Positions 49,856 to 58,150 of a stretch of 64,000 nt of DNA are shown piece by piece (the first letter of the stretch is position 1; each line of letters starts with the position of its first letter). The stretch is from a virus. Lineage: Duplodnaviria > Caudoviricetes. The position numbers were made by a program, and so were the translations under genes. The stretch lies in the IMG/VR virus record IMGVR_UViG_3300046170_000323. One strand, 5' to 3'. Under the pieces are notes generated by a model. The model ran no database searches, had not been told where the DNA came from, and was given only the letters and a program-made list of their open reading frames with translations.

Positions 49856-50542
49856 GTCTAATGCACTGAACCATTCTTTTGCATAGAGTCCATTTTTGTG
49901 TTGGGGAAACCAAGGCCCACCATCTGTATAATGTAAGATCTTTGGAGATCCATCACGAGGTTCTTCGTGTACATTAATCAACCAGTTCCATTCGATATCG
50001 AATTCACCGATCTCCCATTCACACAACCACTGGAACTGGTGAAACCAAATCCCATTATAATCTAAGTTGTTTACTAAGTCTGGTGTGAGAACACGATTTG
50101 ACGGATGTGCGCAATTGAACATAATCAAACTAGACCAGTTCTTTCTCGTTGTGCCGTCTGGTAACATTGGATATCTGAATTTCTTCTGACCATCCATCTT
50201 GAGTCCCTCTTCAAAATCATAATTAGGTTTTGCAACCATGATTGCATAATCATCATCTGCCTGATCTAGAAGGGGATTGATATCTGTCAACATCAACATG
50301 TCACTATCGATGAATGTTGCCCATCCCTTATAGTCGTGCAAGTAAGGTACTAGATATCTTGTGAAGGTAAATTCAGTAGCACTCAAAGGATCATCTGGTC
50401 TGGTGTAAATACCCCGACTCCTGAGATCATTGATTTTAAGTGGTAAGACGTTTATGTCTTTACTGTGATTGTAGAGACTCCACTCCATCACATCATAGGC
50501 GAGTGATTGTCTGGAATCCCATCCCATATATAAATTTCTCAT
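49811..50542 (-). CDS. Glycosyltransferase (GT8-like)
   Basis: GWDSR, TEFTFTRYLVP, FIDSDM (DxD), RKNWSSLIMFN, LHYTDGGPWF. Confidence 0.85.
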   Translation of the reverse strand: MRNLYMGWDSRQSLAYDVMEWSLYNHSKDINVLPLKINDLRSRGIYTRPDDPLSATEFTFTRYLVPYLHDYKGWATFIDSDMLMLTDINPLLDQADDDYAIMVAKPNYDFEEGLKMDGQKKFRYPMLPDGTTRKNWSSLIMFNCAHPSNRVLTPDLVNNLDYNGIWFHQFQWLCEWEIGEFDIEWNWLINVHEEPRDGSPKILHYTDGGPWFPQHKNGLYAKEWFSALDSFENGLDISLSEVG

Positions 50543-50554
50543 TCAATTCTCCAT

Positions 50555-50581
50555 AAAAAAAGGGCGGCACGAATGCCGCCC
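50555..50581 (-). terminator. Intrinsic terminator
   Basis: GGGCGGCA-TTCG-TGCCGCCC followed by T7. Confidence 0.9.
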
Positions 50582-50603
50582 GTGACCGCCTATATTTAGG
50601 TGA

Positions 50604-51014
50604 TTAGAAGTTGAACGAGACGCCCACTTCTACTTCGCCACGATCTTCTGAATCGAAGTTCCATGACGTTTCACCATATGCAGTAACACCGCCACCTAGT
50701 GCGATATCTGCACCCAACTCTAGAGTTGGTTTTGTTCCATCTTCCCAAACATTCTGAATGGCAAAAGTCTGAACCTGATGCGTGTCCAGTTTCGTACACT
50801 GTCAATGGTACTTCTGCCCAAACTGACAGAGGCCCAGCCGCTGGTGTATAACGCAGTTCTGGTTCGATTGTGACGTGATTAGTTTCCGCTTCCACTTTGT
50901 GGAATGCTTTTAACTTCTGTGTTGAGTTCCAAACCAGGCACTGGTAGGTCTAGCGCCCATAGCGGATGTTGAACAACAGATCCCCATGACAAGTGAAGTA
51001 ATGATCATACGCAT
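50604..51014 (-). CDS. Putative outer-membrane beta-barrel protein (several homopolymer indels)
   Basis: Reconstructed: signal peptide, alternating beta-strands, C-terminus EVEVGVSFNF* (terminal Phe); RBS GAAAGGA. Confidence 0.55.
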
Positions 51015-51043
51015 TTAAATTCCTTTCTTATAACATGCATAAC

Positions 51044-51073
51044 AAAAAAAGAGGAAGAGACGAATCTCTTCCT
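51044..51073 (-). terminator. Intrinsic terminator-like hairpin directly upstream of the OMP gene
   Basis: AGGAAGAGA-TTCG-TCTCTTCCT followed by CT7. Confidence 0.75.
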
Positions 51074-51220
51074 TCTGATACTATTATTTAGGGTTTTTTC
51101 TGCGATGCAGAAGACTCTTTCGGAAAATCAAAATATCTTGTGGTATATTTGTCACTTAAACTTTTTTCAAATTATTTTATAAGTACTTGTTTTCCTTAGA
51201 TTCTTTTTTTCGTGCCGGGC

Positions 51221-51252
51221 TTGACATTTGTGCCCTTTTCGTGTTAGTATAA
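51221..51252 (+). promoter_or_regulatory. Early promoter
   Basis: GGCTTGACATTT...TAGTATAAT. Confidence 0.7.
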
Positions 51253-51281
51253 TCTTGAAGTTAATAGAGAGAGGTACAAAT

Positions 51282-51917
51282 ATGCTTTGTTATCCAACAT
51301 CAATGTCTGACCAAGTTGACCAGTGGCGTAACGCAGGTTACGAAACCAAACTGATCCAAGGTTATCTTGACTATCTGCAAAAGCAGAAGATGAGTCAGAA
51401 TAAAGGTACTTACGGTAAAGATTCCGAAAAGACCAAAACCTACAAATGTGAGTGGGCGTTCCAACGTGAGTATCAAGTAAAAGAGTTTGACACTATCCGT
51501 CAAGCGCAGAAACGTTGTGACCAAATCACCAAGTCTGCCTTGTGGGCAAAGTTGCGTGACGAAAAAGGTCGTGACATAATGCCTGTTTCAGTAAATTCGA
51601 AACAACGTAACACTGGTCGTCACACTGCAGGTTGGGCACGTGGTAACACGATTACTCTTGACCTGATCGTTGGTCTTGACGAATACACACTGATCCATGA
51701 GATGGCTCACTGTCTAGGTAACTGGCATCATGGTCGTCAGTTTCGTCGTGATCTGTTGAAACTGGTTTCACGTTTCATGGGTGCTGAACCTGCAAAGATC
51801 TTGAAGTCCAAGTTCAAGGAAAAGAAACTTGCGTGTGGCGAACAACGTAAACCTTTGGCTTTCGAGAAATGGATCGAAGCAAAAGAACGTATGACTAAAA
51901 TGAGGAGTGCACAATAA
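51282..51917 (+). CDS. HExxH zinc metalloprotease-like protein
   Basis: TLIHEMAHCL...HGRQF. Confidence 0.75.
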   Translation: MLCYPTSMSDQVDQWRNAGYETKLIQGYLDYLQKQKMSQNKGTYGKDSEKTKTYKCEWAFQREYQVKEFDTIRQAQKRCDQITKSALWAKLRDEKGRDIMPVSVNSKQRNTGRHTAGWARGNTITLDLIVGLDEYTLIHEMAHCLGNWHHGRQFRRDLLKLVSRFMGAEPAKILKSKFKEKKLACGEQRKPLAFEKWIEAKERMTKMRSAQ

Positions 51918-52330
51918 TGAACTACGTTTACGCAGAAGGTTCGACAAAACTAAAACGTTCGATTGCAGAACAGGTGGTCAGGTTCTGCATTGACGAACTG
52001 ATGCCTCGTATGCGCACGTTAGAGATTGATGTGATCTTGAATAACAAACTGGAATCACATCAATACGGTTACTGTTGCGCAATCGATACTCGTGAGTTCG
52101 AACTTGAAGTAAACGCAAACCTCTCCCTCTCTAAACTGGTTACGACGATCTGTCATGAGATGGTTCACGTGATGCAGTACGCACGTAAGACATTAGATAT
52201 AACGAATCAGTCTGATCATTCGACATATGACGAATATCTGGATCTCTGGTACGAAGTCGAAGCAAGAAAATTTGAGAAAATTTTGACGAAAAAGTTTAAG
52301 TCATTGAAAACATTAGGAAAGAAAATTTAA
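51917..52330 (+). CDS. HExxH (SprT-like) protein
   Basis: TICHEMVHVMQY...WYEVEAR. Confidence 0.8.
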   Translation: MNYVYAEGSTKLKRSIAEQVVRFCIDELMPRMRTLEIDVILNNKLESHQYGYCCAIDTREFELEVNANLSLSKLVTTICHEMVHVMQYARKTLDITNQSDHSTYDEYLDLWYEVEARKFEKILTKKFKSLKTLGKKI

Positions 52331-52348
52331 AATAATTACAAAAAAGGC

Positions 52349-52377
52349 TTGCCTTTTCCTTGTTTATACCCTATATT
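52349..52377 (+). promoter_or_regulatory. Early promoter
   Basis: TTGCCT-N17-TATATT, followed by leader GTAAGTTGATCGAAAGGA. Confidence 0.8.
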
Positions 52378-52405
52378 ATAAGAGTAAGTTGATCGAAAGG
52401 ACGAA

Positions 52406-52612
52406 ATGATGTTTGAAGTTGGTATGGGATTTTTGCGCCAGTATCGTGACTACACTGCAAAAGGCGAGATCACATCGATCTCAACAGACGCAGATGATGA
52501 GACACTGATCACTGTGATGTACACAGACGGTGCGGTAAAAACCTACACAGAAAACTGTGTCGAACAAAACTTAGGTCGTCGCATGATCGTAACAGAGGAA
52601 GTAATATGGTAA
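52406..52612 (+). CDS. Early hypothetical protein
   Basis: Promoter and GAAAGGA RBS upstream. Confidence 0.75.
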   Translation: MMFEVGMGFLRQYRDYTAKGEITSISTDADDETLITVMYTDGAVKTYTENCVEQNLGRRMIVTEEVIW

Positions 52613-52788
52613 ATTTTATGAATGATGTCTGGACATGTCAGACTATTGCAGGCGCACCAGTTGTGGAACGCCGTGTGTGTTACGGTTCGGAACCTGATTT
52701 CGAATTCGTTACCCAACTTCCCAATGGTGAATATAACTTCTATTCTGCCTTTGACATGTATGAAAACAAAACGGAGTATTCGCAATGA
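52606..52788 (+). CDS. Early hypothetical protein
   Basis: Coupled ORF. Confidence 0.65.
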   Translation: MVNFMNDVWTCQTIAGAPVVERRVCYGSEPDFEFVTQLPNGEYNFYSAFDMYENKTEYSQ

Positions 52789-53021
52789 TCGTATATAAGA
52801 ATTACACACAAGAAAAAATCGCAGAAGGTTTCGATCTTCTAGTAGAGGGCATGAGTAACTGGAAGATGCCTATTAAGACGACAATCAAGTCTGAAGATTT
52901 CCAGTGGGCATCAGATGCCTGTGCATACTTCACAGGATCTGTTCTTGAAAAACAAGTTGAAACATTTGAAGGCGACATCGTCGTCTATGCAGATGGTTAC
53001 TATAACACGATTGGAGCTTAA
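52785..53021 (+). CDS. Early hypothetical protein
   Basis: NWKMPI...ACAYFTGS...ADGYY; coupled ORF. Confidence 0.75.
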   Translation: MIVYKNYTQEKIAEGFDLLVEGMSNWKMPIKTTIKSEDFQWASDACAYFTGSVLEKQVETFEGDIVVYADGYYNTIGA

Positions 53022-53023
53022 TC

Positions 53024-53354
53024 ATGGGACTTAATGTATCAGTATATCGCAACTCAGAATTTGGGGAATACGATTGCACAAATGGTGGAATCAGTTCTAC
53101 AAACAATCGTTTGAATGTCGTCAACTGTGACGGCCCTTTTGATCCGACTGATGATCGCCCTGCAGTGATGGTCGTGGATGATCGTCCTTGTGGTAGTCCT
53201 TATCCTAAACTGGTTCCCGCCGTGTTCGATCGAAATCACTGAGACTTGGGAACGTGCAAAGGGTTGGTTTATGTTTGGTGGAAACTATGGTGGATGTTCA
53301 GACAGTCGTTTTGAATACAACATTCTTCCTATCCATGATCGTACGGAGGCTTAA
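53024..53354 (+). CDS. Early hypothetical protein (indel near 53238)
   Basis: DCTNGGISS...MFGGNY...SDSRF...PIHDRTEA. Confidence 0.7.
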
Positions 53355-53356
53355 TT

Positions 53357-53725
53357 ATGTGGAATCCTAATAATGCAGTCTGGGGATGTACTCCAGAAAC
53401 TCGTGAACTTTCAGACAAGTTGAGTAACCTTGATAACTTCCCTTCAGTTGGTGAAGTATCGAACAAGAAAAAGAATCCTTCGCTTGAGAAGTTTCGCAAG
53501 GCGCAGAATGTCGTTTACGATATCTTTAACAACGGTCTTGGTAATCGTGGTCGTGAACTTCGTGTTCTGGGTTTGAAGAAACATCAACTTGCACTTGAAG
53601 AATGGTGTCGTTACTCAGGACGCACGATCCGTGAATCCAACTGGGATCAAATCAACGAGATTGTTGAGGGTGCATTTACCCCGATTGTGATGGACGCTTC
53701 AAGGGAACAGGGGCTGATCTCCTAA
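53357..53725 (+). CDS. Early hypothetical protein
   Basis: LEKFRKAQNVVYDIFNNGLGNRG; RBS GGAGG. Confidence 0.75.
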   Translation: MWNPNNAVWGCTPETRELSDKLSNLDNFPSVGEVSNKKKNPSLEKFRKAQNVVYDIFNNGLGNRGRELRVLGLKKHQLALEEWCRYSGRTIRESNWDQINEIVEGAFTPIVMDASREQGLIS

Positions 53726-54179
53726 TAGAGAGGGCTTTATAAGCAGGGTAGAGTTCATAACCTACCTTGTTCTTTTGATTACCACCAAGGATGACATAAT
53801 AATCTATCCCATCTATTATTCTTGTTTCAATGTAGAAACCGACATGTCCTTTCCATGCAGCATCGCCTCTTGGAAAGACGACGATGTCTCCAATCCTTGG
53901 TTCCCAAACATCAATCCCCCAAAACAAAAAACTTCGTGCCATCAGAGGATATTCATTGACGGACTCTGAACCAGCCACGTTATTTAATTTTAGGATAGAG
54001 TTCACGAAAGCCGCACACCATTCTGTGTGGACTGGATCTACTCCTGTAAGGTCTTTGATCTTTGACCTATCTTTCTTTTCGTGGAGGCCGATGAAACCAT
54101 GTGCTGCCTTCACGAATGCATAATCATTGTGTTTGTATGGTGATTGATAATTGAATATCGGATCAGATTGAGGGTCCAC
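53676..54179 (-). CDS. TIGR02594-family NlpC/P60-like cell-wall amidase
   Basis: EWCAAFVN, ARSFL, GDIVVFPRG, GHVGFY, LGGNQ. Confidence 0.88.
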   Translation of the reverse strand: MDPQSDPIFNYQSPYKHNDYAFVKAAHGFIGLHEKKDRSKIKDLTGVDPVHTEWCAAFVNSILKLNNVAGSESVNEYPLMARSFLFWGIDVWEPRIGDIVVFPRGDAAWKGHVGFYIETRIIDGIDYYVILGGNQKNKVGYELYPAYKALSIRRSAPVPLKRPSQSG

Positions 54180-54290
54180 AAGCGGATAAAAAGTAACCTA
54201 CCACAACGAAAAAAATTATTTTTTTCATAGAAACTCGCTAAGTGATTGTTTTTGTTGGAAAAGAAAATTTGAAATAATTACAAAAAAGGC

Positions 54291-54319
54291 TTGACATTTG
54301 ATGTAAAAAGTACTATATT
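54291..54319 (+). promoter_or_regulatory. Early promoter
   Basis: TTGACA-N17-TATATT, followed by leader GTAAGTTGAGAGAAAGTGAG. Confidence 0.85.
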
Positions 54320-54351
54320 ATATAGGTAAGTTGAGAGAAAGTGAGAAACGA

Positions 54352-54607
54352 ATGTTTAGAATTCCTAATTTTTATGAGATGTCCATATCCTTTGACGAGG
54401 CATGGAAAACTATCCAGAACCTTGGTAATGGTGACTGTCTTGAAGGCATGAACGTTATGAACAGTGAATGGGATGCGTATGTCCGTGGTGACAACGATGA
54501 CATTTTCGATTGTGACGATGACTGGTGGGACAACTGGGCATATGAAGCAAACGCCTTTAACGTTGTATACGAAGGCATGAGTCAATTATTTGGAGAGGGC
54601 TGCATAA
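54352..54607 (+). CDS. Early acidic hypothetical protein (indel near 54598)
   Basis: WAYEANAFNVVYEGM...FGEAA*. Confidence 0.7.
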
Positions 54608-54608
54608 C

Positions 54609-55043
54609 ATGGCATATATTTCACAACAAGAGAAAAAAGAACTCGCACCTGCAATCAAAGCAGTATTGAAAAAATACGGTGTGAAAGGTTCTATCGCAAT
54701 CAACCATCACAGTTCTTTGGTTGTAAATATTAAATCTGGTGTTCTGGATTTTCTAGGTGCGTCTCAGAAGTACAATGATCGTCGTGCAGAGATGCGTGGT
54801 GAGGCACCTTACAATGTTGGTGGTTATCTTCAAGTGAACACTAGCTGGTGTGAACAGTGGATGGAAGAGATTGGTGAAACCAAGATCGCAAAGTTCTATG
54901 GTGACCTGATCAAAGCGATGAAAGGTACACGTTGGTACAACAACTCTGACATCATGACAGATTATTTTGATTACGCATACTACATTGATATCAATGTCGG
55001 TAAATGGGACAAAGATTACGTTCTGGAAAATAATTCAAAATAA
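54609..55043 (+). CDS. Early hypothetical protein
   Basis: MAYISQQEKKELAPAIKAVLKKYGVKG...YYIDINVGKWDK. Confidence 0.8.
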   Translation: MAYISQQEKKELAPAIKAVLKKYGVKGSIAINHHSSLVVNIKSGVLDFLGASQKYNDRRAEMRGEAPYNVGGYLQVNTSWCEQWMEEIGETKIAKFYGDLIKAMKGTRWYNNSDIMTDYFDYAYYIDINVGKWDKDYVLENNSK

Positions 55044-55067
55044 TTGAAAAAAAGTTGCCCCAAGGGC

Positions 55068-55096
55068 TTGACATTTGGGGCAAAAGGTATTATATT
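55068..55096 (+). promoter_or_regulatory. Early promoter
   Basis: TTGACA-N17-TATATT, followed by leader GTAAGTGAGACAAAGGA. Confidence 0.85.
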
Positions 55097-55125
55097 AATA
55101 AGGTAAGTGAGACAAAGGAAACGAT

Positions 55126-55312
55126 ATGCAAATAGTTGGTGGAATGATAGTTTTTTCTGGTTTGATGATTATGGCTGGATCTGCAGGTGACTGTGATGGT
55201 CAATGTATGGAACTGGCAAATTCAACAGGCGAGATGATTCAAAGCCCTCGTTATGGGTGGTGCTCTTACCGCTATCGGTGCGTTTTTGATGTCAATGAAA
55301 GGAAACCTCTAA
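55126..55312 (+). CDS. Small membrane protein (indel near 55245)
   Basis: Two hydrophobic segments flanking GDCDGQC. Confidence 0.6.
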
Positions 55313-55325
55313 GATGGAGATCGTT

Positions 55326-55490
55326 ATGAATGAGTTGGTGAAGGACATACAGGTTCTTGAAGATGCAGTAATTAATCTTACTGAAGGTGCAAGTGATGAG
55401 AGACGTATGGCAATATACACTCTCGAACGTTTGATTGCAGAAAAGTCTGCAATTGTAGATCAATTTGAAATGGAGAATGCATATGCCTAA
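55326..55490 (+). CDS. Small hypothetical protein
   Basis: Manual translation MNELVKDIQVLEDAVINLTEGASDERRMAI... Confidence 0.7.
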   Translation: MNELVKDIQVLEDAVINLTEGASDERRMAIYTLERLIAEKSAIVDQFEMENAYA

Positions 55491-55701
55491 ATCAAAAGCA
55501 ATGAAAATCGAAGACATGTTCGATGATGAAACACTGGACGCAATGGATGACGCCGCAGGCGTTGACCGTTTGACCAAAGACGGAGACTTCAGTCTTTACT
55601 ACGATCTGGGCCCTGATGCCCGTGGTTGGACTGAACCAAGTCTAGAAGACTACGGTCTTGACAGTCACGCCTTCTCAACAGGTGGTCTGGACTTCGACTA
55701 A
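55483..55701 (+). CDS. Acidic hypothetical protein
   Basis: Coupled ORF MPKSKAMKIEDMFDD... Confidence 0.65.
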   Translation: MPKSKAMKIEDMFDDETLDAMDDAAGVDRLTKDGDFSLYYDLGPDARGWTEPSLEDYGLDSHAFSTGGLDFD

Positions 55702-55706
55702 ATATT

Positions 55707-55868
55707 ATGGAATGGATTATGGCCTTTGGATTCATCTTCTTTTTGATGATCCTCTGTTTTTCCTTACTGCGTTTCGCAATAGGTTTTTTATCATGGTCTT
55801 GGCGTAATTCATTCCTAATACTTGCCAGCATTATAATCTTAATACTCCTCTTAGCTCAGCTGGATTAG
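55707..55868 (+). CDS. 53-aa two-TM membrane peptide overlapping tRNA-Arg
   Basis: Manual translation MEWIMAFGFIFFLMILCFSLLRFAIGFLSWSWRNSFLILASIIILILLLAQLD*. Confidence 0.55.
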   Translation: MEWIMAFGFIFFLMILCFSLLRFAIGFLSWSWRNSFLILASIIILILLLAQLD

Positions 55869-55922
55869 AGCATCTGCCTTCTAAGCAGAGGGTCGTAGGT
55901 TCGAGTCCTACAGAGGAGGCCA
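55845..55922 (+). tRNA. tRNA-Arg(TCT)
   Basis: Full cloverleaf, anticodon loop CTTCTAA, GTTCGAGT T-loop, encoded CCA. Confidence 0.95.
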
Positions 55923-55942
55923 ATATAAGGAAAAACAAACTC

Positions 55943-56818
55943 ATGAGTTTTGAATTCGACTTTACCAAGGAACACCTTGGGGAAATTATTTCTGCAGATG
56001 CAGATGATTGGTATGACGCACTTTGCGAACTTCTTCCAAAGTACGGTATTACAACTGAACGCAGAGTTGCACACTTCCTATCTCAGTGCGCACATGAATC
56101 TGCAGGTTTTAAGAGACTAGAAGAAAATTTAAACTACTCTGCAAAGGCTCTACGTGCCGTCTTTGGTAGATACTTCGGCGCATCTCCAAAACGTGATGCA
56201 GACGAGTATCACAGACAACCAGAGATGATTGCAAATTATGTGTACATGGACGAGTTCCGTAAATACAAAATGGGCAATGTCAACGAGGGTGACGGATGGT
56301 TATTCAGAGGCCGAGGCTTGAAACAGTTGACTGGCCGTGAGAACTATACACGCTTTGGTAAAACTGTAGATATGACTGCAGAAGAAGCGGCAGTGTACGT
56401 TGCAACACCAGCGGGTGCAATTGAAAGCGCATGTTGGTTCTGGGACGCAAATAATCTAAACGATATTGCCGATGGTGATGACGTTAAGAAAATGACGAAA
56501 AAAATTAATGGTGGATCTATTGGCTTGGATGATCGTAAGAAACGTTACATGCACGCTATGGAAGTTCTAGGAATGGACGCAGAAGATCTCGCTGCAGATG
56601 ATGATGACATCGAAGATATCATTGACGATATTGGTGTACTACGTAAAGGTGCAAAAGGCGATGGAGTCAAACTGATGCAAGAAGCATTGGGTATTGGTGC
56701 AGACGGAGACTTTGGGCCAGGCACAGAACGTGCATTGAAAAAATGGCAGTCAGACAATGGATTGACTGCTGATGGTATCGCAGGGCCAGCAACCCTTGCA
56801 AAACTGTTTGACGACTAG
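55943..56818 (+). CDS. GH19 endolysin with C-terminal peptidoglycan-binding domain
   Basis: FLSQCAHESAGF, ENLNYS, FRGRGLKQLTGRENY, INGG; LQ...ADGDFGPGTE..LKKWQ...L.ADGIAGP. Confidence 0.92.
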   Translation: MSFEFDFTKEHLGEIISADADDWYDALCELLPKYGITTERRVAHFLSQCAHESAGFKRLEENLNYSAKALRAVFGRYFGASPKRDADEYHRQPEMIANYVYMDEFRKYKMGNVNEGDGWLFRGRGLKQLTGRENYTRFGKTVDMTAEEAAVYVATPAGAIESACWFWDANNLNDIADGDDVKKMTKKINGGSIGLDDRKKRYMHAMEVLGMDAEDLAADDDDIEDIIDDIGVLRKGAKGDGVKLMQEALGIGADGDFGPGTERALKKWQSDNGLTADGIAGPATLAKLFDD

Positions 56819-56825
56819 TCGTCAA

Positions 56826-56873
56826 GAAGGGGCGACATCTCCTTTCTCTTACAACTTACAATGTCGCCCCTTC
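56826..56873 (+). ncRNA. 13-bp hairpin with 22-nt CU-rich loop; candidate antisense sRNA
   Basis: GAAGGGGCGACAT / ATGTCGCCCCTTC perfect stem; loop CTCCTTTCTCTTACAACTTACA complements early-gene leaders. Confidence 0.55.
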
Positions 56874-56879
56874 ACTTTA

Positions 56880-56956
56880 CTCAGTGTAGGTCAGTCTGGT
56901 AGACCGCTACGTTTGGGACGTAGATGTCGTTGGTTCAAATCCAGCCACTGAGACCA
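56880..56956 (+). tRNA. tRNA-Pro(TGG)
   Basis: Cloverleaf, anticodon loop TTTGGGA, CCA end. Confidence 0.95.
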
Positions 56957-56958
56957 AT

Positions 56959-57032
56959 AGGAGTGAAGTGTTATGGAAGCACGTTGGATTCCAAATCCAA
57001 AAGCTGGGGTTCGACTCCCTGCACTCCTGCCA
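56959..57032 (+). tRNA. tRNA-Trp(CCA)
   Basis: Cloverleaf, anticodon loop TTCCAAA, CCA end. Confidence 0.93.
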
Positions 57033-57051
57033 GATTTAATGAATAAATAGT

Positions 57052-57195
57052 ATGACAACAGATCACGAAATTACAATGTTTCTACATTTCTGGGCAAGAA
57101 GGGGAATACCTCTCCCAGATCCAACCCACTACCCTAATTCTTTTATGTGGTATGTGAAGATGTATAGGTACTATCAAAATGACAAAGTTAAGTGA
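57052..57195 (+). CDS. 47-aa hypothetical protein
   Basis: LPDPTHYPNSFMWYVKMYRYY; late-type AATAAATA at about 57042 upstream. Confidence 0.65.
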   Translation: MTTDHEITMFLHFWARRGIPLPDPTHYPNSFMWYVKMYRYYQNDKVK

Positions 57196-58150
57196 CGAAG
57201 AACTCGCACATGTAAGAAAATATGGCCCACCATTGGAAGATCCAGTAATAGAGAATTACTTGGATAAGACAGGTCTCAGTAATCCAGACGAAGAGACACG
57301 TGAGACAAAAGTAAAACATCTGCAGTATGGTCTTGACATGGATCAAGAAGTAATACGCAGGGCACAAAAGTGCCAGAGAAATTGGAATTACACCAGAGAC
57401 ATCAATTCATCAGTACGAGATCATCTCCTATGGATTGCACAAAATGCACCTTCGAAACAACACGAAGGTTTTTATGACGTTTACTGGTCAGAAGATAGGG
57501 ACACAATTCAAGAGATGTCCCGATACACTTGGGGATGTACTCACAGTAGAACCCCACCATCAACTTGGAGAAACGCACAAGCAAATGCAAACATGTATAT
57601 TTTGTTTGTTGCGAAAGAACCGTCAGGACAAGAAAACTGTCATGTGGATGGATCCTTAAAAGAAAACAATCGCCCAGAACGTTGGGAAAATGCATATGTC
57701 TCTATTGGTATTGCCATGGGGATGATCTTGTTTACTGCGAACCAATTAGGTCTACAGACTGGGTGTAATAAAAGTCACGGTGATTTTGATGGTGATGATT
57801 ATTTTGAAAACAAACTTGGTATCCTTGAGGATGTCAGAGCTGGTAAGAAAAGAATTGCGTATGGGATGGGTATCGGTTATGGTCAAGATGGTAGACCAAG
57901 ATACGAAACAGATGAAACAGAGATTGCGCTTGGGGCGGGAAATGGTGACACACTCACTGAATATCCAGACATGGGAACTCATCCAACAACAGGCAAAGAG
58001 TTCAGACGTGTTAAGGTTGTAGATACCACAGAAATGGGTGGACAGGAAGTAACTGATCACTACGGTAACGTGCACACCGTTCCACACGACTCTAACATAA
58101 AGATTAACACGATGCGCCCACGTGACATCAAGATTATTGAAATAGAATGA
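57179..58150 (+). CDS. Nitroreductase-fold protein
   Basis: RRAQKCQRNW, NAPSKQ, SIGIAMG...ANQLGLQTGC. Confidence 0.8.
   Translation: MTKLSDEELAHVRKYGPPLEDPVIENYLDKTGLSNPDEETRETKVKHLQYGLDMDQEVIRRAQKCQRNWNYTRDINSSVRDHLLWIAQNAPSKQHEGFYDVYWSEDRDTIQEMSRYTWGCTHSRTPPSTWRNAQANANMYILFVAKEPSGQENCHVDGSLKENNRPERWENAYVSIGIAMGMILFTANQLGLQTGCNKSHGDFDGDDYFENKLGILEDVRAGKKRIAYGMGIGYGQDGRPRYETDETEIALGAGNGDTLTEYPDMGTHPTTGKEFRRVKVVDTTEMGGQEVTDHYGNVHTVPHDSNIKINTMRPRDIKIIEIE

Noticed and set aside
22780-51043. Shared GTTATGCA motif upstream of the DUF1127 and OMP genes as a LysR site
   Set aside because: Only 8 bp, in opposite orientation relative to the two genes and with a poor palindrome; not distinguishable from chance.
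51180-55120. CRISPR array or transposon ends among the repeated AT-rich motifs
   Set aside because: Repeats are irregularly spaced, coincide with -35/-10 promoter elements, and no cas or transposase genes are present.
56817-56840. Minus-strand mini-ORF MSPLLDD* after GAAAGGAG within the hairpin
   Set aside because: Zero spacing between SD and ATG, and no minus-strand promoter; the plus-strand antisense interpretation fits the local transcription direction better.
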